A stretch of 64,000 nt of DNA from Candidatus Microgenomates bacterium (GTDB taxonomy: Bacteria > Patescibacteriota > JACPGU01): positions 85,287 through 149,286 of the forward strand of contig JACPGU010000002.1 in the NCBI GenBank assembly GCA_016188915.1, given 5' to 3'. The notes under the pieces are model-generated. The model worked only from the letters and a program-made list of their open reading frames with translations, was not told the origin of the DNA and searched no databases. Position 1 is the first letter of the stretch; each line of letters starts with the position of its first letter. Of this stretch, positions 20,630 to 29,120 are shown piece by piece. The position numbers were made by a program, and so were the translations under genes.

Positions 20630-22240
20630 TTAGCAATTGGAGAGGTCGCATAGTGGCCTAGTGCGCCGCCTTGGAAAGGCGGTATATCCGCAAGGGTATC
20701 GGGAGTTCGAATCTCCCCCTCTCCGTTTATAGGGATAGATGTGCCTTTTCTGTATTATCAGGAAGGGTTTTTTTAGTATAATATCGAGTTTTTTGTTAGT
20801 CAAAGTGAAGTTCGAACCGATTGTTTTCAGGATTTGCTTTTTCGTCTCCATATTTCCAGTTTCAAACTTTATTTTGGTGTAATAAGAGAAATTAAACAGT
20901 TCCTCTACTAGTTCGAGCTGACAGTATTCTTTGTCCCTCCATTTGTTCTCTAGTGTTGTTATTTCTTGTTCTTCCTGTATTGTTTCTTTGGAGAATTTTT
21001 CACAATCCTCTGAAGTGAAAAATCCATTATCTTCCAATATCTGTCTTTTCAGATTATCCATTTTCTTTTTATTGCTTTGCCTGCGTTGCTGAAGACCTTT
21101 CAATATCTCGGTCTGAGTTTTTATCTCCTGATTGTTATGCTCTCTTGCATATTTCAAGACCCATTCCTTGAATTTATCAGAGATAGTTATACTATTTATG
21201 GTTTCTAGTAATTGCCTGTCGAGCTCTTTAGCTACTATGTATGGTTGGGAGCACTTTATCGCTTTGTTCTTTCTTGTGCAACGGTAGTAGGTGTAGTATG
21301 GGGTTTTAATGCGAGTTGCGTGGCGGTTCCTGTGTTCCTCTGCTGTTATCGAGCAACCACATTCGCCACATTGTATTAGGCCAGTGAAATCAAAGTCGTG
21401 CTTTTGTTTTCTTGGCTTACCCTTACTTCCTAGGGCATCCTGAATGTAATCAAACTCCTCTGGCGTTATCAGGGATATATGATGGCCTTGCTTAATGCTT
21501 CCTCTGTGCTTAATCATTCCGTAGTAGAACGGGTCGGTCAAAATCCTATAAAATGTGCTCCTAGACATTGGGCCACCACCCATTTTTTTAGTTCTTGGAG
21601 TTCGGTAGCCATACTCATTGTTTAGTGTTTCCAGAGCCTGTCTAACTTCGTATTTGTCATACAGGATTAGCTCTAACGACTTTCTTATTAGGTTAAATCT
21701 CTCAGGGTCGGGGATGGATTCACTCAATCCCTCTCCCCTAGAACCATCGTTAATATATCCTGCTGGTGCAGAGCCAGGCCTTAACCCTCTCTCGAACTTC
21801 TGCCTATACCCCCTCAGGATATCCTCACTTTTATTGTCGTTTTCTAACTTTGCCTGATTGCAAATCATACTAAAAAGAAATTTATCATTGGGGGTATTTT
21901 TGAATACTTGGTTTGGTGTTCTAATTTCAGCTATTTTACCCGAATCCATCAGGTATACCAACATCCCAGTGTCGACAGAATTTCTCGATAACCTGTTTGC
22001 ATTCCAAGTAAGAATACCGTTAGCTTTATTATGTTCGAATCCCTTAATCATATCATTGAACACTGGTCTGCCAGGCTTCTTGGCGGTGTGAGATTCCTGT
22101 AATGTATCGCAAATATGTAAACCAATCTTTTTTGACAATACACTTAACTCCGCTATTTGTGACTCAATAGAAGCAGCCTGCTTCTCTTCTTGCTCTGACG
22201 ATTTTCTTGCGTATAGAATATAATTTATTTTTTCTTCCAT
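20630..22240 (-). CDS. Large serine recombinase; last 30 codons antisense to tRNA-Ser
   Basis: YARKSSE catalytic motif, RLSRN, recombinase domain, CGECG...YYRC...C zinc ribbon, coiled coil; ORF spans the whole tRNA. Confidence 0.95.
   Translation of the reverse strand: MEEKINYILYARKSSEQEEKQAASIESQIAELSVLSKKIGLHICDTLQESHTAKKPGRPVFNDMIKGFEHNKANGILTWNANRLSRNSVDTGMLVYLMDSGKIAEIRTPNQVFKNTPNDKFLFSMICNQAKLENDNKSEDILRGYRQKFERGLRPGSAPAGYINDGSRGEGLSESIPDPERFNLIRKSLELILYDKYEVRQALETLNNEYGYRTPRTKKMGGGPMSRSTFYRILTDPFYYGMIKHRGSIKQGHHISLITPEEFDYIQDALGSKGKPRKQKHDFDFTGLIQCGECGCSITAEEHRNRHATRIKTPYYTYYRCTRKNKAIKCSQPYIVAKELDRQLLETINSITISDKFKEWVLKYAREHNNQEIKTQTEILKGLQQRRQSNKKKMDNLKRQILEDNGFFTSEDCEKFSKETIQEEQEITTLENKWRDKEYCQLELVEELFNFSYYTKIKFETGNMETKKQILKTIGSNFTLTNKKLDIILKKPFLIIQKRHIYPYKRRGGDSNSRYPCGYTAFPRRRTRPLCDLSNC
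20639..20725 (+). tRNA. tRNA-Ser(GGA), long variable arm, CCA not encoded; island integration site
   Basis: GGAGAGG/CCTCTCC acceptor stem, CCGCC-TTGGAAA-GGCGG anticodon arm, variable arm with GCAA loop, GGGAG-TTCGAAT-CTCCC T arm, G discriminator. Confidence 0.96.
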
Positions 22241-22299
22241 ATACTTGTTGTTTATTTATATTATAGTTATTTTCCAAACAAAATAAAAGAGTTTTTGGC

Positions 22300-22530
22300 T
22301 TAATCAAGCGTAGTTTTTCGATGCTGTTCTCGGAATCTACTTTCTGACTTTATACTGCTTCCTATACCAACAACTGCTTTCGGCAAGCAATCGACCTCTT
22401 GTGGAGCGACTAACTGAAATATCTCTATCAGTTCTGCTCCTTTGCCCATAGCTTCACTGTCGGGGATAGTCTCTCCGAACTCTTCTTCCCAAATATCTTG
22501 TAATGCTCTTATGGACTCGTCTGACAACAT
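22300..22530 (-). CDS. Small acidic protein immediately upstream of the LSR
   Basis: MLSDESIRALQDIWEEEFGETIPDSEA, helical-looking N-terminus; co-oriented with the LSR. Confidence 0.7.
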   Translation of the reverse strand: MLSDESIRALQDIWEEEFGETIPDSEAMGKGAELIEIFQLVAPQEVDCLPKAVVGIGSSIKSESRFREQHRKTTLD

Positions 22531-22569
22531 TTCACTCTTCTTTCTCGTAATTTCTTACGGTTCTTTATA

Positions 22570-22775
22570 ATAAAAAAATCTGGGTCAGTGCGGTGAACCC
22601 AGATTCTTTTAACTAAACTCAATTTAATTTAATTAAATTCAGTAAACATAAGTCCGCACTGACCTTGACTCTTAAAGTGTTAAGTTGCAGGCGGTAATAA
22701 AAAACCGTCCTGCTGATATCAAAAAAGCTTTCATCACGTGAGCAATATATGCTTCTTTGATTTTGGCAGAACGGC
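22570..22775 (-). promoter_or_regulatory. Structured leader with competing terminator/antiterminator pairings
   Basis: Terminator hairpin 22577-22605 plus U-tract; 11-nt complement at 22654-22664; long hairpin 22705-22774 with an alternative pairing at 22687-22713. Confidence 0.55.
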
Positions 22776-22836
22776 ATTATAGCCAGTTCTTATAATGTCT
22801 TGTATTTTTGTTTAACTTTGCCTAGTTGTTAATTCT

Positions 22837-22864
22837 ATTTTAACTCTCTGGGATAAAGCGTCAA
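22837..22864 (-). promoter_or_regulatory. Promoter for leader, small ORF and LSR
   Basis: TTGACG-16 nt-TAAAAT. Confidence 0.55.
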
Positions 22865-22953
22865 TAGCTTTTTTGGCTTATCTATGTGATAGTTTGGTAG
22901 AGTATTGAAGACTAGTCAAAATATCTGTGGAAAACTATAATGCGTTGACCTTA

Positions 22954-24249
22954 TTATATTCGTCGTTCTATAAATTTATCTTGAAACTTTTCAATAGTCT
23001 GGAACGACACTTCGTTGAAGTTAAATATCTTGAAAAGCTTTATGCATAAATCATTTGCTGTTTCTTTCCATAAAGACTTTAGTTTTACCGATGACACTCT
23101 TTCGTCCAAAGATACTACGGATTCACGACAAATATACCAATCGTAAAGCAAAATATTAAAGTCGTAGGATTTTAGCTTTCTATCTTCAGCACCGTAAAGT
23201 TTTATACCAATATCAATATCGCCATCGTAGTTTAGCTCATCTACATAAAACTGTTTAGAGAATAAGAGAAATTCTGTTATTGAGTATATGGCTCCTATAT
23301 AGCTTAATGCTTTGCCTGTGTCGGTTTCGTCCTGTTTTGCACCGTCTTCTCTTAGAGTGATTTTGTAAACAAAAAGACCGCTCTGGAAAAGACGGAAAGC
23401 TTCATAATGCTTTGGTTCAAATTTTGTCCACGACTGAACACCTTTTGAAAAGTTAGCAAAATCGTTTTTATCAAGATGTGGAAAATCCCACCCCCTCAAT
23501 TGAACTCTCTGGTTCTCAACTGCTTGTTTTACTTTGGTTATATCTGGAATTAAGTCTTTTTTATATTCGGTTGGTTTTACCACTATTTCCCAATATCCAT
23601 ATTTTTTTAACTCTTCTCCTATTTTTTTCTCGATATAGTCACTGGCTTCGACCAACTCATCCTTGTAATCGTCATTTTCTTCTGTATTGCTGGGTCTTCC
23701 ACTAAACAGTCGTCCAATCTGATTCAATAGAAAATCTCCTTTCTTGGTCATTGCCCTACCAAGTAATTCTCGCATTTCCGTTGAAGATGGTATGGCTTCG
23801 CTCGATCCCTTTTCCGTTCTAATATAAATGCCCCCATCTTTTAGTATCGGTTGCTGTTTTGTATTCTGATTACTCCTCTTGCATATTATTGGTTCTTCAT
23901 CGAATTCGGGTACTTCTATTATGACAAGGTTCTTTCCTTTATAAATAGGTCGTTGAACATAAACTGTAAATTTAGGGTCTGTATAACTATGCAATTTATT
24001 ATTAAAGGAAGTCTGGTCAAAGGACGCGAGATTCTCATCGGATAAACCCTCTACTGTGCCGTCATCCTTTATGCCAATAAAAATTCTCCCACCGTTTTTA
24101 GTGTTTGCCATCGCCAATATGTCTTTTATGACACCGAGATGACAATCTTTATCAGTGTTGCAATTAAAATCTTCCTTAAAGTCGACATTGGCTGTCTCTG
24201 CTCTCGATTTAAATATTTGCTCTAGCTCTTCTTCTGGGTATTGCGACAT
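22954..24249 (-). CDS. Schlafen/AlbA_2 domain protein, putative defence nuclease
   Basis: ETANVDFKE, KDILAMANTKNGGRIFIGIKDDG AlbA_2 motifs; unassigned C-terminal domain. Confidence 0.85.
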   Translation of the reverse strand: MSQYPEEELEQIFKSRAETANVDFKEDFNCNTDKDCHLGVIKDILAMANTKNGGRIFIGIKDDGTVEGLSDENLASFDQTSFNNKLHSYTDPKFTVYVQRPIYKGKNLVIIEVPEFDEEPIICKRSNQNTKQQPILKDGGIYIRTEKGSSEAIPSSTEMRELLGRAMTKKGDFLLNQIGRLFSGRPSNTEENDDYKDELVEASDYIEKKIGEELKKYGYWEIVVKPTEYKKDLIPDITKVKQAVENQRVQLRGWDFPHLDKNDFANFSKGVQSWTKFEPKHYEAFRLFQSGLFVYKITLREDGAKQDETDTGKALSYIGAIYSITEFLLFSKQFYVDELNYDGDIDIGIKLYGAEDRKLKSYDFNILLYDWYICRESVVSLDERVSSVKLKSLWKETANDLCIKLFKIFNFNEVSFQTIEKFQDKFIERRI

Positions 24250-24311
24250 AAAGTTTCATTAATATCTCTATTTATTATAACACAAAAAAACAGGATTTGC
24301 CCTGTTATTTT

Positions 24312-24400
24312 TGTCCGAAAAAGAGTTGTTTAATGGACAGATGTTTTACTTTTACCTGTAAGGTTGAATAGCCACTATTTTCGATAGGGTTTTTTGGACA
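24312..24400. promoter_or_regulatory. Possible res-site arms for the small resolvase
   Basis: TGTCC(24312)...GGACA(24335) inverted pair and a further GGGTTTTTTGGACA ending at 24400. Confidence 0.3.
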
Positions 24401-24409
24401 GGCGATATT

Positions 24410-25198
24410 TCATTTAATATCTATGTCGTCCATATCAATATCCATAAGCTCTCTAAATTTTTCGGCTATGCTTTTCCATTTACCTGCCGTTGGTTCGGAA
24501 ATATCTATTACTAACTCGCCATTAAGGTTTTTCTTTATATACTTATGTTTCTTGATTTTCTCATAAAAAATTACTTCCATAAATTCATTTAGTAAGCTAA
24601 GTGTCGTCTTGATAGCCATAAACACCCCATAATGATATTTCTCGTGTTCTTTTTTGTAACCACCACCAATCCAAAGTGTAGGATTTGTCTGGTCGAGATT
24701 TCCCTTGGGGGCAGTATGTAAGAGGCTTATATGCGAAATATAGTTGCTTAGTACTCCATACTCCTGCCCAGCCAATGGAATAGCTTTGGTGGCAATTGAG
24801 ATAGCCTTTGTAGAGTCATACTTATTCGATTTTAACTGTATCAGTTTGTCGGGGTTAGAATGTATATCAAAAGCAGAAGCCACTGTTTCTACTACCATTC
24901 TTAAGATTGTCTGTGGCTCCAAGATATGTCCTCTTCTAAAGATTTCTATTGCAGATATTATTGACCCAAGCCCATTCCATAAAAAAATAGCGGATTGAAA
25001 ATCTGCATCAGATAGAGCATTCTCTCCTTCAGAATCAATAAGACCGATAAGGGTTTCTAATGACTCGGCTATTTCTTCTGCGAGACCATAGAATATCTCG
25101 TCATAATTACTATCAAAATCTTGGGCGACAAGGTCGCTTTTTGACTTTATATGTCCCAAAACGGTTTCTGTTGTAATTGGTTGCCTAACCGTATCCAT
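24410..25198 (-). CDS. DUF5677-like helical protein (HEPN-related, putative)
   Basis: ILRMVVE and YGVLSNYISH motif pair recalled from DUF5677-type proteins. Confidence 0.5.
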   Translation of the reverse strand: MDTVRQPITTETVLGHIKSKSDLVAQDFDSNYDEIFYGLAEEIAESLETLIGLIDSEGENALSDADFQSAIFLWNGLGSIISAIEIFRRGHILEPQTILRMVVETVASAFDIHSNPDKLIQLKSNKYDSTKAISIATKAIPLAGQEYGVLSNYISHISLLHTAPKGNLDQTNPTLWIGGGYKKEHEKYHYGVFMAIKTTLSLLNEFMEVIFYEKIKKHKYIKKNLNGELVIDISEPTAGKWKSIAEKFRELMDIDMDDIDIK

Positions 25199-25223
25199 AG
25201 TAACATTATACTATTTTTATAGA

Positions 25224-25805
25224 CTATTTGAAACTAGAAATCGCATTTTGTACTGTCGATTTTGAGATGTTTACCATACTTGCTATTCTCCTAACAGACA
25301 ACCCTTGCTGTCTTAATTCACTTATCCGAACAATATCAATCTCTGATGCTGGTCTGCCTATTTTCTTTCCTTTTGCTCTTGCCTTTGCCATTCCTGCCCT
25401 CACCCTCTCTTGGATTATTGACCTCTCAAATTCTGCGAAAGCAGATATCATTGTGAACATTACCTTCCCTGTCGGTGTCGATGTGTCTATCGCCTCTTGA
25501 TAGCTCACAAAGTCTATTCCTAGCGAATTAAAGGTATCCAGAGAGGTTATGAGTTGCTTTGTGCTTCTACTGAACCTATCAAAGCGAAATACCACCACAC
25601 AATCAAATTTTCTCTTGTGAGCGTCATTTAATAGCTCCGTAAGGGCCGGTCTGTTTTCTTTGCTTCCGCTATCCGTATCAGTGTAGCTTCTGAATACCTC
25701 CCAGCCTCTATTTTTCACATACTCTTGTAATGGTATCAGTTGGGTATCGAGGTCTTGGTTCTTATCTGTGGTACTTATACGAGCGTAGATTGCAATTTTT
25801 TTCAT
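25224..25805 (-). CDS. Small serine resolvase/invertase with C-terminal HTH
   Basis: IYARIST, DSGSKENRPAL, FDRFSRS, FAEFERSIIQERV, GRP, HTH. Confidence 0.95.
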   Translation of the reverse strand: MKKIAIYARISTTDKNQDLDTQLIPLQEYVKNRGWEVFRSYTDTDSGSKENRPALTELLNDAHKRKFDCVVVFRFDRFSRSTKQLITSLDTFNSLGIDFVSYQEAIDTSTPTGKVMFTMISAFAEFERSIIQERVRAGMAKARAKGKKIGRPASEIDIVRISELRQQGLSVRRIASMVNISKSTVQNAISSFK

Positions 25806-25856
25806 ATCTTGTGGTTAGTTATATTGCTATTGGCACAAAACAAAAGCCTCGCATTT

Positions 25857-25922
25857 CTACGAGGCTTTATTGTTGAGTAATTTCTCTTTTCTATTTTTCG
25901 GTTTTTTCTTTTCGCTCCCCAT
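25857..25922 (-). CDS. Possible 21-aa basic peptide (not in ORF track)
   Basis: MGSEKKKPKNRKEKLLNNKAS; TTGACA-16-TATACT at 25946-25973 upstream, hairpin aaagcctcg/cgaggcttt over the stop. Confidence 0.35.
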   Translation of the reverse strand: MGSEKKKPKNRKEKLLNNKAS

Positions 25923-26003
25923 AACCAAAATTATTGTATAGATTTAGTATAGAATATGAACTATCTGTGTCAATAGTTATTGTCTATATGAGGCCAAATA
26001 TCA

Positions 26004-26219
26004 CTATGGGTAATCTATACAGCTCTCGAAATTGTCTGGGCGACATCGGTTAATACGATTGAGGGCTTTTCTTGTCCCCATTGTCACTCCATACTTCTCA
26101 ATAGCCAATATGGCATAATCGGAACAAGTTGGATAAAAACGGCACTGTATCCTGCGTCTCAAAAGTGGCGAAATTGTCTTCTGGTAGACAACTATTAAGA
26201 ATATAACTAATTTTGACAT
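26004..26219 (-). CDS. YidD-like (membrane protein insertion efficiency factor domain) protein
   Basis: YQKTISP...CRFYPTCSDYA..AIEKYG...RINRCRP. Confidence 0.9.
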   Translation of the reverse strand: MSKLVIFLIVVYQKTISPLLRRRIQCRFYPTCSDYAILAIEKYGVTMGTRKALNRINRCRPDNFESCIDYP

Positions 26220-26220
26220 C

Positions 26221-26478
26221 CTATAGTTCGTGTGTTATTTCTTCTTTTTTTATAGCTCGAGAACCACATTTTGGGCACTTGCCAAGGTCTAGTGGCTTTT
26301 TGTCTGGGATAAATGCAGCGGGGCCACAACCAGAACAGCACGATGCAGATTTGCCACAATTCTCCATCGATTCGCCACACGACTGTGCCGCTTCCTGCTT
26401 ACCATAGAACCAGATATTCCCACAAGCACTACAGCTACATTTTGTTTCCTTTATGATTTTGGGCTTTGTTTTTTCCAT
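26221..26478 (-). CDS. Cys-rich zinc-ribbon-like protein
   Basis: CSCSACGNIW, SCCSGCG, KCPKCGS; 1-nt gap to the YidD-like gene. Confidence 0.75.
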   Translation of the reverse strand: MEKTKPKIIKETKCSCSACGNIWFYGKQEAAQSCGESMENCGKSASCCSGCGPAAFIPDKKPLDLGKCPKCGSRAIKKEEITHEL

Positions 26479-26522
26479 ATTTCGTATTTAGTTAATAATA
26501 TGACAGTTGGGCTATTATTATC

Positions 26523-28073
26523 CTATTTGCAGGGTTCGTGTAGGGTTCTACTGGGATATGCTTTCTGTACAGCTTCTAAACTCGGAAAAGATTGTAGATA
26601 TTTTGTAGAGAGATTCTTATAGGCCGAGTCTGTATCGCAATAATAAAGATATGCTGTGCCATAAGAGCTCGCATAATAAGTGTGTCCAGATGTGGTTTGC
26701 GGGGCAGGGACTGGAGTGGGCGTTACTGGTGCTGGCACAGGGCTAGTTGGTGCTGGTGTGGTGGTAGTTGGTGACGAACTTGTTGTATTGCCGCTACAGG
26801 TAGTCGAGCTCCATAATCCCTTCTGCCCACTTCTCGCTTGTTTCTCTGCTTCTTTGAACTCGGCTTGGTATTTATATGGGATATCGTATGTATATTCGTG
26901 AGCATACCCATCACCAATCATTTGCTTGTTAAAAAATGTGCCATTTTCAAGATAAACATAACGCAATAGCCGACCATATTTGTCCCTATCCCCTTGAGTC
27001 GCATCAGATTCAAGCTTAACTTTCTTCCCCGAAAGCAATGCCTTCGCTCTATTGGAAGCCTCAACACCAAAACACTGAACTGGTTTTCGAGGGTCAACAG
27101 TTTCAGGAGTATCTACACCTATTAGACGAATCGTTTCTGTCTTTCCGCTAACACTGGCCTTAAAAGTATCGCCATCCGTTACGGAAACAACGCCATAATA
27201 CTGTGTAGTGGTCTGGGTGGGCGTTGTCTGGTTGCTCTGGGTGTTTGAACCAGAAGATGACTGACTAGCGTCCGTTTTGTTGTCTTCCCCTGTTGTTTGG
27301 GATTCTTGATTTGCCTCCTCCTTCTTTGGTGGAGTATAGGTTATTTTTATATCCTTTCTGTCGCTTTGATTCCCTGCTTCATCTATAGCTATAAGATAAA
27401 AATTGTTCTCTCCTTCATTCAGGCTGACTGAATCAACGGTAATTTCTTCGCTGGATTCTCGTACCTCTTTAATTTTTTTGTTGTCTGAACCAAAAAGTTC
27501 TATTCTTGCGTTTTTCTCTGTTTTTCCTTTTATATCTGTCTTGTCTTTGTCGCTAGTAATCTCTGTATTTTCAAGTTCTATGTTTGGCTTTTGTGTATCA
27601 AGAATAATTTTTTTAGTAGCACTTTTATTTGTACTGCCATTACTGTCTGTTGTGCTTACATAAACTGTGTTTTCACCTTCATTGAGCGTAAACTCTCCAA
27701 AAATGAACTTTCCGTTGGAATCGGCAATCACTTCTTGGATTTCTTGATTATTTATCATAAGTTTCGCTTTTGTCCCGCTTTCAATATGGTAGCCAGAGAC
27801 AACAACCGCCTTTTGATTAGTCGGACTTTTTATTTCATCTAAAAAAGGTTGTCCTTTTGCCGACAAGGACATTATCAGAATCAAAAACACCACAACAACT
27901 ATGGTGGCAATGATTTTATAGACTCGTCCCCATTTGGTCTTCGCCCAAATAGTCCAGACAGCAATAAAGGGTAATAAGAGAATGATAACTGGTAGTAAAA
28001 CGATGATGGCTACAATGCCCCACCATTTTGCATACCATCCTCTTTTTTTGGTTTTTACTTCGGTGTTTTCCAT
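26523..28073 (-). CDS. Membrane-anchored thermonuclease (SNase) with Ig-like repeats
   Basis: Two N-terminal TMs, two LNEGEN Ig-like units, DGDT...IRLIGVDTPE...DKYGRLLRYVY SNase domain, Thr/Pro linkers. Confidence 0.9.
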   Translation of the reverse strand: MENTEVKTKKRGWYAKWWGIVAIIVLLPVIILLLPFIAVWTIWAKTKWGRVYKIIATIVVVVFLILIMSLSAKGQPFLDEIKSPTNQKAVVVSGYHIESGTKAKLMINNQEIQEVIADSNGKFIFGEFTLNEGENTVYVSTTDSNGSTNKSATKKIILDTQKPNIELENTEITSDKDKTDIKGKTEKNARIELFGSDNKKIKEVRESSEEITVDSVSLNEGENNFYLIAIDEAGNQSDRKDIKITYTPPKKEEANQESQTTGEDNKTDASQSSSGSNTQSNQTTPTQTTTQYYGVVSVTDGDTFKASVSGKTETIRLIGVDTPETVDPRKPVQCFGVEASNRAKALLSGKKVKLESDATQGDRDKYGRLLRYVYLENGTFFNKQMIGDGYAHEYTYDIPYKYQAEFKEAEKQARSGQKGLWSSTTCSGNTTSSSPTTTTPAPTSPVPAPVTPTPVPAPQTTSGHTYYASSYGTAYLYYCDTDSAYKNLSTKYLQSFPSLEAVQKAYPSRTLHEPCK

Positions 28074-28096
28074 ATCGTTTGGTTATTTATAAACAC

Positions 28097-28207
28097 AAAA
28101 AAGGTCACCTGAACTAGCGGTGTAACCTTGCGGACACACCCGCTATCCTTTCGGATAGTGACCTCAACGACGAAGTACCAGTCAGATGACCGTTCTTGTC
28201 GTTGAGG
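28097..28207 (-). ncRNA. Candidate structured cis-regulatory RNA upstream of the SNase operon
   Basis: 10-bp stem, two GNRA-capped hairpins (GAAA, GCAA), closing GGUCAC/GUGACC plus U6, alternative long-range pairing. Confidence 0.5.
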
Positions 28208-28297
28208 ATTTCATAACCATACCTCAAATTACTTCGAGGGTTAGGTTAATACTCTAAATTGTAAATATACTCTATCATAAAAATCTACCAGAGTAAA

Positions 28298-28930
28298 CTA
28301 CCCATAAAACTTCCATTTCTTCTTTAATTCTTCTTGATAGCAGTCAAAGGATTCATCTTCATTTTCAATTAAAGACCATTGTGAAAACCAAAGTCGCACT
28401 CTTTTTTGTTTATCTTCTTCCGTTCCATCTTGCCATCCCCCAAACCTCTTTTTTCCTATAGCCGTATGGGAATCTATAAAAATTTCTTTTATCTCTGGAA
28501 AATTTTCATCCTTATCTATTTCGTCCACTACGATATTGGTCAGGTTATCTCCGAGTCTTGTCTTTTTATTCCTGCAAGCCAAAACTATTAGATTAACAAA
28601 GGGGAGAAATCCATCTCCCCCAAAGTTCGTTTTGAATACTGATAGGTTCATTCTTATTTCCAGTATCCCTGCCAACGTTAGTGCTGTTGTGTTTGCTAGT
28701 CCTATGTCCTCGTGGACTATCGTGTTTAATCGTCTGCTCAAATATTTTCCGTATCCTGAAGCGTAAAATATGTAAGCAAATTTACAAGCGTCTCTTTCGT
28801 CTCCCCTCCTGATACATTTCTGAAGAGCTGAAGCAACGAGGTCAAAAGTATATCCTTTATCTTCAAATTTCTTTGCCAATTTTATCTCCCATCCTTTTCC
28901 TGCTTTTTGTTTCTTTTCTTCTGCCATCAA
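28298..28930 (-). CDS. Stand-alone MgsA/RarA C-terminal-like domain protein
   Basis: ASALQKCIRRGD...RRLNTIVHEDIGLAN; no Walker A or B. Confidence 0.65.
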   Translation of the reverse strand: MMAEEKKQKAGKGWEIKLAKKFEDKGYTFDLVASALQKCIRRGDERDACKFAYIFYASGYGKYLSRRLNTIVHEDIGLANTTALTLAGILEIRMNLSVFKTNFGGDGFLPFVNLIVLACRNKKTRLGDNLTNIVVDEIDKDENFPEIKEIFIDSHTAIGKKRFGGWQDGTEEDKQKRVRLWFSQWSLIENEDESFDCYQEELKKKWKFYG

Positions 28931-28950
28931 TTTGTTTTAGTTATGTTTTT

Positions 28951-28978
28951 ATTTTAGTTTATGTACCCACTGTGTCAA
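28951..28978 (-). promoter_or_regulatory. Promoter of the MgsA-C-like gene
   Basis: TTGACA-16 nt-TAAAAT. Confidence 0.6.
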
Positions 28979-29120
28979 TAGGATTTTAGCTTAACCAAGG
29001 GTCTTTTCTGCCATCACACAACATCGTGTACAACCCTTGCTGTCTTGAATGATGGGTTTGATTTAAGTCATTATTTGTGCGATAATACAAGCGAATTACA
29101 GGTAATAGCGTGTAAAAACA

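Noticed and set aside
20810-20817. Palindromic GTTCGAAC inside the LSR as an alternative att site or tRNA fragment
   Set aside because: It encodes the GSN of the protein; no flanking tRNA similarity and no partner at the other end of the island.
28097-28207. Assignment to c-di-GMP-I, c-di-AMP or SAM riboswitch
   Set aside because: GNRA loops are present, but the conserved core nucleotides of those families are not recognisable.
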